The notes beneath the pieces were generated by a model. The model saw only the letters and a program-made list of their open reading frames with translations. It made no database searches and was not told the origin of the DNA. Position numbers and translations under genes: made by a program. Below are positions 53,700-64,000 of a stretch of DNA of 64,000 nucleotides, piece after piece. Numbering within the stretch: the stretch's first letter is position 1; each line of letters opens with the position of its first letter. The DNA is from the human T2T-CHM13v2.0 reference genome, Homo sapiens: assembly GCF_009914755.1 (NCBI RefSeq), contig NC_060944.1. One strand, 5' to 3'.

Positions 53700-53905
53700 T
53701 CACAGTCTGGCTACAAAGGCTCAAGGCAGGCAGACATGAGTTTCCCTCCTCGCCATACTCACTAGTCAAGTGCCTTTGAGTAAGTTTTGTATCTTCTTTT
53801 TCCTCGTATACCTGACTCACAAAATGGGATATACAGACCTTGTGGTGATTGTGAAAATAAAATGAAATGTTGCCTCCAAAGCACTTAGCACAGTAATTGA
53901 AGATG
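53700..53905 (+). mobile_element. MIR SINE
   Basis: aaaatgggat; gattgtgaaaataaaatgaa; aaagcacttagcacagt. Confidence 0.6.
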
Positions 53906-55259
53906 CAGCACTTTCTGAGTTAAGGCCAGTTCCTTGTGAATACTTTGCTGTTGACAACACAAGCCTGCTTCTTCCCTCTCCTTCCTCCTCTCTGTTGTGA
54001 CAAACTGCACGACAATGGCTCCAGGTCCTGACTGATCCCTTATGTTAATGGTCCTGACTCCTAAGACAGCTTCCCAGATGCTGTCAGACCTCAGCACAAA
54101 TTATTGGCTTGAACTTCACTCTTTACAGAAAGATGGGTCCCATGTGGAATGGATCTCAGCTTCCAGAATTCACTGAGGGGTCCTTTCCTGCTCGTTTACT
54201 AGGTGGGCCCCCATTGGCCTGAGGGAGCTAATATGTTTCACAGCGTGTTTTGTAGATTGCATCTGGCCAGATGTTTCTCTGTGTGGGTTCCCTTAAGCAA
54301 TGTGGGAGGGAAGGAACACCCTGATGTACATGGAATTTCAGCCAAGAGGCCTGGTGTTGCATCGCCTTGGTCTAGACCAACCTCTTTTTTTGTTGCTCCC
54401 AGGGAGCAAGATTGTATTCCAGAATGAAAGCTCAGAGGCAGTGGACCCAAGGCCACTTTTCTCCCCTTCCATTAGGCACATGTCAAAGACTACTTCTATT
54501 GATGACACAGCCTTCAGCTTCTGGGATATACTTCAAGAAAGGAGCCCAAATACAGGCTGTTATAAAACATTGTCATAGTCATGCCCCAAGGTGGCCACGC
54601 AAAGGGTACTTGATAGTGGCCAGGAAAACCATATAGCTTGTTTTACAGGGACAGTCTACTCCGGAATCCCATCCAGTCCTATGCAGCATCCAATGCAACA
54701 TTCCCGCCTTCCACTCAATTTCAGTCTGAGAGTATATGAAATCTTAATTATGGCTCAGAGTCAAAGCTTTTCCACCCAGGAGTTCAGCAGAGATACATGT
54801 TCTTCATCAGAGGGGTAGATTATGGAGGGCACCAGCATCCCCAATCCAGGAGCTGAAGGGCAGCTGTAGAATGCTGTCACCGAGGTGTCAGTTATTTAAC
54901 CAAACAGAGGAGACCCACAAAAAATAAAGAGAAGGCTGTCTGGCCAGACTTAGAAAAAAAATTAGGGATATTGTGTTTCTCTCTCTTGGTTGAGGGATCT
55001 GGATTTTTAAATCTAAATTACATTTATGGGTGCTACCATGTGTGAGGCTTGGTGGAAGATGCTGGTGAGGCCAAACTCCCTGGTCCTGCTTCCTTGTACC
55101 AGTGTTTCATCAAAGACAGAAGGATTGGGTGTCGTGGTTTCCCAGACCACAGTAGCCTAGAGAATGTGATTTTAGACTGGGTTTAAGAATAAAGGGATGA
55201 GGGACAGCAGCGTAGTAGTAGCACAACAACGACAACACTAACAGACAACAGAGAAGGCG

Positions 55260-55490
55260 AAATGGCTCCTGTAAGTGAGGCACTTTGTATGTGCCATTCC
55301 TGTGCTGAGATCTTTATAGGCATCATCCCATTTTATTGTTACAAATCCAACTGAGCTGGTGCGTATTATAACAGAGGAGAAAATAGGTGCTGAGAGAAAG
55401 AAGAAATGACTTGCCCAATGTCACACAGTCAGGAAGTAGTAAAGCCATTTCTTGAATCTAGGTGTGCAAAGCCTGAGCTCTTAGCTGTCA
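55260..55490 (-). mobile_element. MIR SINE
   Basis: acagaggagaaaataggtgctgagaga; tgacttgcccaatgtcacacag. Confidence 0.7.
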
Positions 55491-55854
55491 TGTCACCTGC
55501 CTTCTGGAGATGTATTAGTTTGCAATTTTCTGTATTTCTAGGACACATCCTCCCCCAGACTTTAAGCTGGGTTAAGTCTCTGCTTTGTGCCGTTGTTATG
55601 CCGATAAAACTTTCCTTGGTTTTGCAGTAGCTGTGCTTTTCCCTGCAGAGCTACCACATTCCAGGCTGTAAGTTTGGCTGTCATTTTGCTCAAAAAGTAT
55701 GAGGCACAGGAAAGCCTCTCTGCAAAAAAAGTTAAAATAATTTTATTATAACCCAAGTGAGAACCGATGTATTACCGACATTCGTGGTGGTGGTAGTTAA
55801 AATAGTAATAACAGTGATTGGGGCAGGTAATACTAAAAAAGAAAAGTAGTCAGA

Positions 55855-56260
55855 GTAATTATAATAAAACAACAATCCCTAGGGTTTATTAAACACTTAC
55901 TATGTACCATTTGCTATTGGGACCCCTTTGTATGTAATAAGTCATTCAATCTTCACCACAATTCTCAAGGCCTGAACTAAAGTGAAGCTGCGAATCCCCT
56001 AAGGATAACTTTTAAGGAGGCCTTCACTGTCAGTTGTAAAGAGTAAGGGCTTCCTTAAACGTGGCACCCTAGGGGTCCCTCTTGCCTCACCCTAGTCCTG
56101 GCCCTGGCCTAGAAGGGTTGTGGGTGAAATAGTCACAATCACAGGAACTTTTTGAAAAAGTAAACTGTAACATAAAGGTGTTGATAAATTTTCTGGGATC
56201 ACACAGAGAGCAAGTAACAGAATTATAACTCTAACCCAAGCCTGTATTGGCCAAAGCCTG
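55855..56260 (-). mobile_element. MIR split by MER91
   Basis: tttattaaacacttactatgtacca; tcattcaatcttcac; gatcacacag..agcaagtaacaga. Confidence 0.6.
55966..56106. mobile_element. MER91-like palindromic hAT-Tip100 MITE
   Basis: tttaaggaggc...ttccttaaa...caccctagg...cttgcctcaccctagtcctggccctg. Confidence 0.8.
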
Positions 56261-56414
56261 TGTCCTTTGTACTAAGATATGCATTGTTTAGTTTCTCACC
56301 ATCATCTTACAGGAACTTAGTCATAGCATACATTCTAGGACCTTTTACTGGAGTGTTTTCTCAGAGTCTCTATCTTCACAGAGTATCGGAGAGGAGAGTA
56401 TCAAGAAATGATTT

Positions 56415-56711
56415 TATTTATGTGTGCTTGCATGTGTGTGTTTATCTGTTAGTGGTTTTTTTTTTTTTTTTTTTTTTTGTCACCCAGGCTGTCCCAGACT
56501 CAAGCAATCCTCCCACCTCACCCTCATCACCCTCCTGAGTAGGTGGGACTACAGGCACCCACCACCATGCCTGGCTAATTTTTGTATTTTTTGTAGAGAT
56601 GAGGTTTCTCGATGTTGCCCAGGCTAGTCTAGATCTCTTGGGCTCAAACAATTCTTTTGCCTCAGCCTCCCAAAGAGCTGGGATTACAGGTGTACACCAT
56701 CATGCCAGGCC
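56415..56711 (-). mobile_element. AluJ with internal deletion and degraded tail
   Basis: gtcacccaggct...gctaatttttgtatt...gggctcaa...gggattacagg; TSD-like caagaaat(g)attt at 56402 and 56711. Confidence 0.9.
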
Positions 56712-56762
56712 AAGAAATATTTAAACAGGGAAGAGAAAGAGGAAGAGAAGAAAAGAAGATAA

Positions 56763-56822
56763 GGAAGGAAGGAAGGAAGGAAGGAAGGAAGGAAGGAAAG
56801 AAGGAAGGAAGGAAGGAAGGAA
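56763..56822 (+). repeat. (GGAA)9 AGAA (GGAA)5 microsatellite
   Basis: Direct count. Confidence 0.97.
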
Positions 56823-57108
56823 AGGTTGATTCAGAAGTCAGTGTGAGGAGATACATACTGAATCTCACCTCATATTGTCTCTCTCTGTGTACTAGGCAGA
56901 AAAATTTTTTAGTTCCCATGACATAAACCCAACTCACAGTAGCTCAGGCAAAAGGTGAGATTTATTTTTTAAATGTAGGATTATAGAACACATTAAGAGA
57001 ATAGCTAAAACCAAACTACAGGTAAGGCACAGGTAATGCTGGTTTCAGGAATAAAATAGGGAAACAAATATCCTTTTCCTTTCTCTCTCGCTCCCTCTCT
57101 CTCTGTCT

Positions 57109-57169
57109 CCATCATCATCACCATCACCAGCATCGTCACCATCACCATCATCATCACCATCATCATCAT
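57109..57169 (+). repeat. (CAT/CAC)n trinucleotide repeat
   Basis: Direct reading. Confidence 0.93.
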
Positions 57170-57629
57170 TTCCACAAGGCTTATAGGGTTTCTGCTTAAA
57201 TAGAATCTTGGACAACCTCAACTGAAATTTCACACTGGAATTCTCATGGTAGGTACACAGAGGAGGCCTCATTATGTGTGTGGAGGCAATCATATTACAA
57301 GAAAGAATATGATAAGGGCATACATTTATGTACTGCAGAGTTTCTAGGAATGGAGAATTAACATCTGGCGACGAATCAGAGAAAATGCCATGAAGAATAT
57401 GATATGATAGCATGGATGGGATTTTAACAAGTAAAAGTATGAAACCAAGACTTAGACAGGGAGGGCATAGCAATGAGAAATTCTCAGAACAATACTTCAT
57501 AAAACAGTCAGTCAATTACAAGCTGTTGTATTTGACTAGATCATAGATTATAAATCATGGTATTGTGGGGCATTAGGCAAAAAAAGTGAAAATATTGTAG
57601 TGGAAGTCTTCGAATAGATGGAACAATGT

Positions 57630-57800
57630 TATTCACTTGTTCATTCATTCACTCACTTATTCATAATTAATATTTATTGTACACCTATTAGTCACCTACT
57701 AAGTCTGTTGGTGCAAAGATATTTGCGGAACATGAATAATCCCAGGTTAGAGCCATTGATCATGTGAATAGGAGCTACAAGTAACTAAGCATAGCTGATT
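57630..57800 (-). mobile_element. L2 3' end
   Basis: ttcattcattcactcac..tatttattgtacaccta. Confidence 0.6.
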
Positions 57801-58038
57801 GTTCAGATATTATCAAATAGTCCTCCTAATCTGGGAGTTTTATACAGTATTGACATGCCGACAAAGTGGAAAGCCATAACTTGCATCTGGCTTTCAATGC
57901 AGAGACTATGTGTGAAGGAATCAAGGAGCTCAGAAGCTTTTCAAACAGGGGAATAATATGTGTTTCCATTTAGTAACTTAATACTAGTGGCTATAGCCAG
58001 GAGAAATTGGACTTGGGAGATTATGGAAGCAGAAAGAG

Positions 58039-58080
58039 GTGTGTGTGTGTGTGTGTGTGACAGAGAGAGAGAGAGAGAGA
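58039..58080 (+). repeat. Compound (GT)n(GA)n microsatellite
   Basis: Direct reading. Confidence 0.95.
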
Positions 58081-58818
58081 AAGTTTTTACAAGAGTTTGG
58101 GTAGGAAGAAGCAATAATTTGATAGATATAAAGCACACATTTGGGAATCAAAGAGGACCATGGAAGAACATTTTTAGAGGACTTGATAGCCTGTTGGGTA
58201 TGTTGCCTATTAAGGGAGATTGAGGACTTTGGTGTCTGGGTGGATGTTGATGCCGCTGAACCAAACAGAGAGACAAAAATTAGGAGCCAGTGTGAGAAAC
58301 AGCAAGGAGGTAGGAGGTAGGATCCGTGATATTATAAATTTAACAGGAGAAGCTGTAAGTTGACTAGACAGCATTGAAATTGGACAAGGAGGCTGAGATT
58401 GGAGATATCAATTTAGTCTTCAGTCTACAGTGGCCCTTCTCCATCAGGTTTCAAAAAAAAAAAAAGTAAACACACTAATGTCTTAAGGCATCCATTGTAC
58501 GTAATGAATTAACTTGCTTCCATGAATGGAAAAGAAGATTAGCTCCCTACCATCTCTGTGAAGACTGAGGAAAGGGTAACTCAAATCACTTTTTAGGGCT
58601 TAATTTTCTCACATGATTTTATTTGAGAAACGTTGATGTTAAGATAATAGTTGCTAAAAATGGAGGTTAATGAAGACATTAATAAAAAGAGTATAACTCA
58701 TGTATAAAGGGGACCTAGGGTAAAAAGATTAGGTAGGTCTAATATTTAGGAAGCAAGAGGGAAAATAAAGGAACTGGTATGGCAAAAAAGAAGGAGTGGC
58801 CAAAGAAATCACAGAAGA

Positions 58819-59157
<339 letters not shown>

Positions 59158-59316
59158 TTATGCAGACATGCCAAAAATGTCCCTTCAGAACACACAAAAT
59201 TCCCTCTGCGTGTCTTTATTGCCATATTTACTGTATTATTTTGATTAGTTACTATCTTATCTCTAACTAAACCTTGAAGCAAAGACCACATTACATGTAT
59301 TCTTGTGGCCCCATTT

Positions 59317-59715
59317 TGTAGACATAGAGCTGTGCCACTCAGATCCTCATTCATGGAAGAACTTGTCCCAACTCTCAGCTCCTGCAGAATCTGCCTCAGC
59401 TGCAGGAATGTGCTTTGTCCAAGGGTATGCATCTCCCATGGCAGCCCATAGCCAGTGGGCTGATCAAGGTGCGGTAAAAAGGCCTGGTAGCTTCATCCCA
59501 ATGTGGAAAACTCTGATGGGATGTATTCCAGAGCTTCCCATGGGCCACTCCAGAGCTTCTCCTAGGTCGTCCAAGTCAGACCTCTACCACAAGCTGACTA
59601 CTCCATCCACCTAATTTTGCTTCTTGCTTCTCCCTTCCAAAAGTGTCTATCCCTAATAAAACATTGTATGTTAAACCCTGTCTTAGCGTCTGCTGTGAAA
59701 GACCTAGCCATTAAG
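59317..59715 (+). mobile_element. LTR16A-like ERVL LTR
   Basis: tgtagacatagagctgtgccactcagatcc; tgcctcagctgcag; ccagagcttccc; ccctaataaa; tcttagcgtctgct. Confidence 0.7.
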
Positions 59716-60119
59716 TCTAGATACTGAGAAAGTCCTCAGTAGCTAGAACAAGATCTAACATACAAAAAGAGATTAGTACCTTTGGTGTAGAGAAACAAGT
59801 TGTGACCTCAAAGTTGCATATTTTATTCATCTGTTCAATACAAGTTAAGCATCTACTGTGTGACAGACTGTGTTCTAGGCACCAGATTTTTACATAGATG
59901 GAATTGGTCTTTGGTGTCTTTAAGAACAGTCAATCAGGGCAGGGGCACTAATAAAGGATTATAAAATGCTAAGGAGGATGGGAGTTGAGGTGGGTCAGTG
60001 CTGTGTTAAATATAACCCATTATACTGAGGTTAGTAACTTTTTTTTCAAGAGTTATAGAAGGGCAAGAACAGAAAGAGATGAGGTATTGCTCAAAATGGC
60101 ATGGATGAGACTGATATTG

Positions 60120-60525
60120 CTCATGGTGTCTGAGATTTCCTTTCCCCATTGGCACTCTACTTGACTATGCACCTTAGCCTTCTTGCATCTAGGTGTGGCA
60201 ATGTGATTATTTTTGGCCAATGTATTGATGTGAACAGAAGAAATATGCATGACTTACTCTCCTGGGCCATAAAACTGCCCACTGAAGATTCCCCATTTTA
60301 TCTTTCCCCATACTGCAACAGAATGGAGAGGAATACAAGGGCCCAGAGAAGAGCAGAACCTCCAGAGGAAATGAGCAAGGATCCCTGAATGACTTTATGG
60401 AGCAGAGACCCTCTGCATAGACCCACACTGTACTCTGATGTAAGCAAGAACCAAACTGTTGTTTATAAAACTACTAAGATTTTGGAGTTGTTTGGGAAAT
60501 TAGGTAGCACACTCCAACTAATATA
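60120..60525 (+). mobile_element. MLT1J/I-like LTR
   Basis: ccttcttgcatctaggtgtggc; ggatccctgaatgact.tatggagcagag; taagattttggagttgttt; actaatata. Confidence 0.7.
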
Positions 60526-61099
60526 TGTGGTATAAAATTTAAAAGAAAATTTTTTTCCTTAGAGTAGGCTAGTCTTGACTACATTTAGAGGCTAAGGGTA
60601 TGGTGCCATGAAATATAAATTGAAGAAGCAAATGAGAGAATGGATAATCGTTAGAGCAAGTTCCCTGCGGCACAGAAGGAAGTGACCCAGAACAGGATCT
60701 TCTGTTCTCCTGTGCTTTGTTGTCAAGAAAGAGAAGAATATTGGTCATTTTTGTTTTAGTGCTTTTACTACTAATTATTAACTAGAGAGAAATGATGAAA
60801 AAAGAACAAGGATAACAAATATATCAAAATAACAAAGGTTCAAGAACCTTTTCATGTTATTACACACATGGTGTGTTTCAGGAAAAAAAAATCATAGCAA
60901 GGAAAATGTGAGTTTAAATCCTGGCTTTGCAATATTTTTGTTGTAAAATATGAAGACAGTGCATTCTGAGATTATTCACTTGGTTCAGTTGAGACACAGG
61001 TAAACTGATGTACATCTCATATGGATTACTTTTTTGTGTGTGAAAACAAAATTAGATCTCATGTCATTAGCACAGGAAATGGAATATTTTGAAAATTAT

Positions 61100-61245
61100 A
61101 ACAATAGCTAATCTTTATTGAACAGTTATTCTGTGTCAAGTACTGTTCTAAGCAAATATAAGCATTAAGTAATCTATTTCTCATAACAACTCAATGAAGT
61201 ATTGTTCTTTTACTACACCCATTTTATAGATAAGGAAATTCACTC
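61100..61245 (-). mobile_element. MIR SINE
   Basis: tttattgaac..ttattctgtgtcaagtactgttctaagc; cccattttatagataaggaaa. Confidence 0.75.
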
Positions 61246-61721
61246 ACAAAATATTAATTGCCAGTGCTTTTCTTTGGGTAGAGAGATTATGGGTATATAT
61301 TTCTTAATATTTTCATATTTTATAAGATTGCCTATGTGGCTTTTATATTTACAATATAAATGCTATTTTAAAAACAATGACAATATTAGGCTTAATTTTC
61401 TTTTAAAGAAACCAGAAGTATGGCTCTTGAATGTGACATTTACCAAACCCCGACTCTGCTAAGGCATTTGCAAAGGCCCTGAGGCCATCCTCCAATATAC
61501 CTTAATGGCACATAGACTTGGTGGTATAATCAACCAAATTAGATCAGTGCCTGCTCTTTGCCCTCTGAATCTCCAGCTTTGGTGGCACCCAGATCAGTAT
61601 GACAAACCCTTCTAGGCTTCTTTCTATGGAAAGTCTTATGGGTGGTTTTTCGCTGGATAACTGAGTGCTCTTGGAACATGCTGTTGAACCTCCCTCACGT
61701 CACCCTCCTGTAAAAAGGATG

Positions 61722-62213
61722 TGTTGGTTGAGTATCCCCCAAAGTCTGACTTTGAGATAGGAATTTCAGCATAAGTAGTTTATCTGGGTTGCGACCCCAG
61801 CAGGCACAGTGAGGGGGTGGAGAAATGAGTCAGGGAAAGGAAGAGAGGCAATAAAAGTGGTATTAACTAGTGTGTTATCGCTACAGGAAGATGGGCCTCA
61901 ATTCCATTGGGGACTCCTAAGAGCCTGTGCAGAACATACCTTGGAACTGGCCTGCTATGGGGCAAAGAAGTTGGAATGTCATTCATCAACATCACCAACT
62001 TTTATCCTTAATTATTATAAGGTTACCCTTGGTGGTGTCAACACCTTCAGGTTTCTGGGTGTCCAGCGCAGTGGGCCACAGTTCTCCTGTGGCCAGAGGA
62101 CATTCTGTGGCAGAGAGACACAATTTCCTTTGACGTATATGGGGATTCTTGTTAGGTGACCTCTGGGGTAAGCTGATGGGGGACAGGGCCAGACACCAAC
62201 AGTATCTGCTACA
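61722..62213 (-). mobile_element. LTR16C-like ERVL LTR
   Basis: ttgagataggaattt..taagtagtttatctggg; gagtcagggaaaggaagagaggcaataaa; caacagtatctgctaca. Confidence 0.7.
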
Positions 62214-63229
62214 GATGTTAAAAAAATAAATAAGATGACACATTTAAGGATTTAGCATATAAATGCTTAATAAATGCTAGCTGCCATAATTAAAATGATA
62301 GCATTAGCACTATCATAACTAGTGCAGAACTCATATTAAAATCCAAGTTTTGTGAATTCTGGTCTCAGAGTATTTTAATTAATGGGGGAATCTTCATGTT
62401 TCTTTTTCATGGTTGTATTTCCCTCGTTTAATCTTTATGTTTGTGTAAACTAACCCTCAGTTCTCCATTCTTAGGGTAGGAATAATTAAATGGGAACCAT
62501 TTTTGCAGACTAAATTTTCCATCTCTGAAATTCTGTGCTTCACCTTAGGAAAACCCCCAAACTAACATTAGCTACTATTGTTGTTTTATTTCTTTAAGCC
62601 ATGCCACTTATGGCTCTGGGGTCAGGAGATAGACATCTTGTTTTTATGAAGGCTCCCAAGGGGTGAACTGCAGTCAAACCACGTTTCCCTGGAAGACTTC
62701 AAGCCATTTTAGCTGCTCAATGGAGAACACATCCCAGGATGCAGGCAGGTTTCCAAGACAACTGGGGGTTTGATTGTTCATAGAAGGATGGCCAAAGCAG
62801 CTGCATATTGGTGCTTTGGAAGTCTCAAACTATTCCACAAGAGCTTTGAGTTCTGTAAATCCAAAACATATTTGCTACAAATATTTTTCTTTTCATTTTT
62901 TAATCACATATATATTACAAGGGAAATATATTCCATCTGATTTTTTTTACTCACTTATATTGTCCAAATGAAATTTTGAAATGTATTTGATGTTCTATAA
63001 TTTAAAGAAAAATTCACTATAATGGAAAAACATATTTGGTAAAAGGCAAGTGCTTCTGCTCTTCATGCTGCTAGTGACTGTGGGTCACTGAAGTGGCCTC
63101 AGAGTCAACACAATGAATTGGCCATGTCGTGGATTCCTTTGAAGGATGGTTCCAGCTCTCTCAGTGGCAGATACAATGGGTAACAAAGGGCTCATCTAAT
63201 TCTATTAATCACAGAAACTTGGCAAAGAG

Positions 63230-63430
63230 AAGAGTATGGCATAAAGAGGTTCAAGGACCTGAAATACCAGTGAGTCCAACCTCACTTTATTTTACAGCTG
63301 AGGAAACTGAGCCCCAGAGGGGAGAAATTCTTTGCCTAATGACACATGGTTAATTAAAGGCAGATTTGGGGTCATAAACTTAGGTCTCCTGAGACTAGGA
63401 GCAGGGTACCAGTATTCTTTCTACTGTCTG
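63230..63430 (-). mobile_element. MIR SINE
   Basis: attttacagctgaggaaactgagccccagagggg; aggtctcctga. Confidence 0.75.
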
Positions 63431-63559
63431 TGCTGTAAAGCATCAAAGCACAAATACAAAATCTGACTGCAAAACTGAAATCACAAGTGTGTTCAAGAAT
63501 CATGGGCTGTTATGAATTTTGGAGGAACAGGGAATACAGAAGTTTTAAAAACAGACTCT

Positions 63560-63800
63560 CCTTCAAAGAGCACAGGCTCTGGGGTTAGATAGGCTGTGAT
63601 GTGCTCCTGTTGCAATTTTACTACCTCCCTAATGATAATGACTTTGGGAAATTACTTAACTGCTCTGAGTTTCTGTTTCCTAATCTGAAAAATGGGTTAA
63701 AATTAGCATCCACACATCAGATTGTCATGAAAGTTAGATAAAAACCTGGATATAAAAACACTTGCTACAGTGGCTACCATGGAGCAAATATTAAAAATAA
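63560..63800 (+). mobile_element. MIR SINE
   Basis: aagagcacaggctctggggttaga; tgactttgggaaattacttaac..ctctgag...tttcctaatctgaaaaatggg. Confidence 0.8.
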
Positions 63801-63931
63801 AACAAATAAAAACCTTTTTAAAAAAAGTATTACTATTAACATTATTATTCAATGATCTTACTTTCCAGGACAGTGCTTCCTAAAACTGTGTTTTGTAGAA
63901 CACTAATACCAGACGATGGATGTGAATTGAT

Positions 63932-64000
63932 GTTTGGGTTTGTGTTTGTTTGTTTGTTTTTGTTGTTGTTTTGAGACAAGATCTCACTATGTCACCCAAC
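63932..64000 (-). mobile_element. Alu 3' end (cut by the window edge)
   Basis: (TTTG)n tail followed by gagacaagatctcactatgtcaccca. Confidence 0.85.

Noticed and set aside
57045-57515. 156-aa minus-strand ORF with a D/G-rich run
   Set aside because: The acidic run is translation of the (CAT/CAC)n and (CT)n repeats.

Overview
This window is primate (human-like) non-coding DNA, either intergenic or deep intronic. It is densely packed with mammalian repeats: about 12 Alus (J and S subfamilies), L1 fragments (L1PA, L1MA, L1ME), many MIR and L2 fragments, MaLR/ERV LTRs (THE1, MLT1, MER41, LTR16, LTR33), hAT DNA transposons (Zaphod, MER5, MER20, MER53, MER58, MER63, MER91, MER94) and microsatellites. 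I find no credible protein-coding exon set, RNA gene, CpG island or CRISPR array; the ORF track looks like Alu/L1/low-complexity noise. Family and subfamily calls come from recalled consensus sequences and were not computed, and boundaries of old elements are approximate. I cannot support a novel biological system here. The best oddities are structural: a spaced ~255-bp duplication carrying a palindromic MER53, an old L1 with twin-priming inversion geometry, template-switch palindromes inside an L1PA, and several candidate cis-regulatory motifs.
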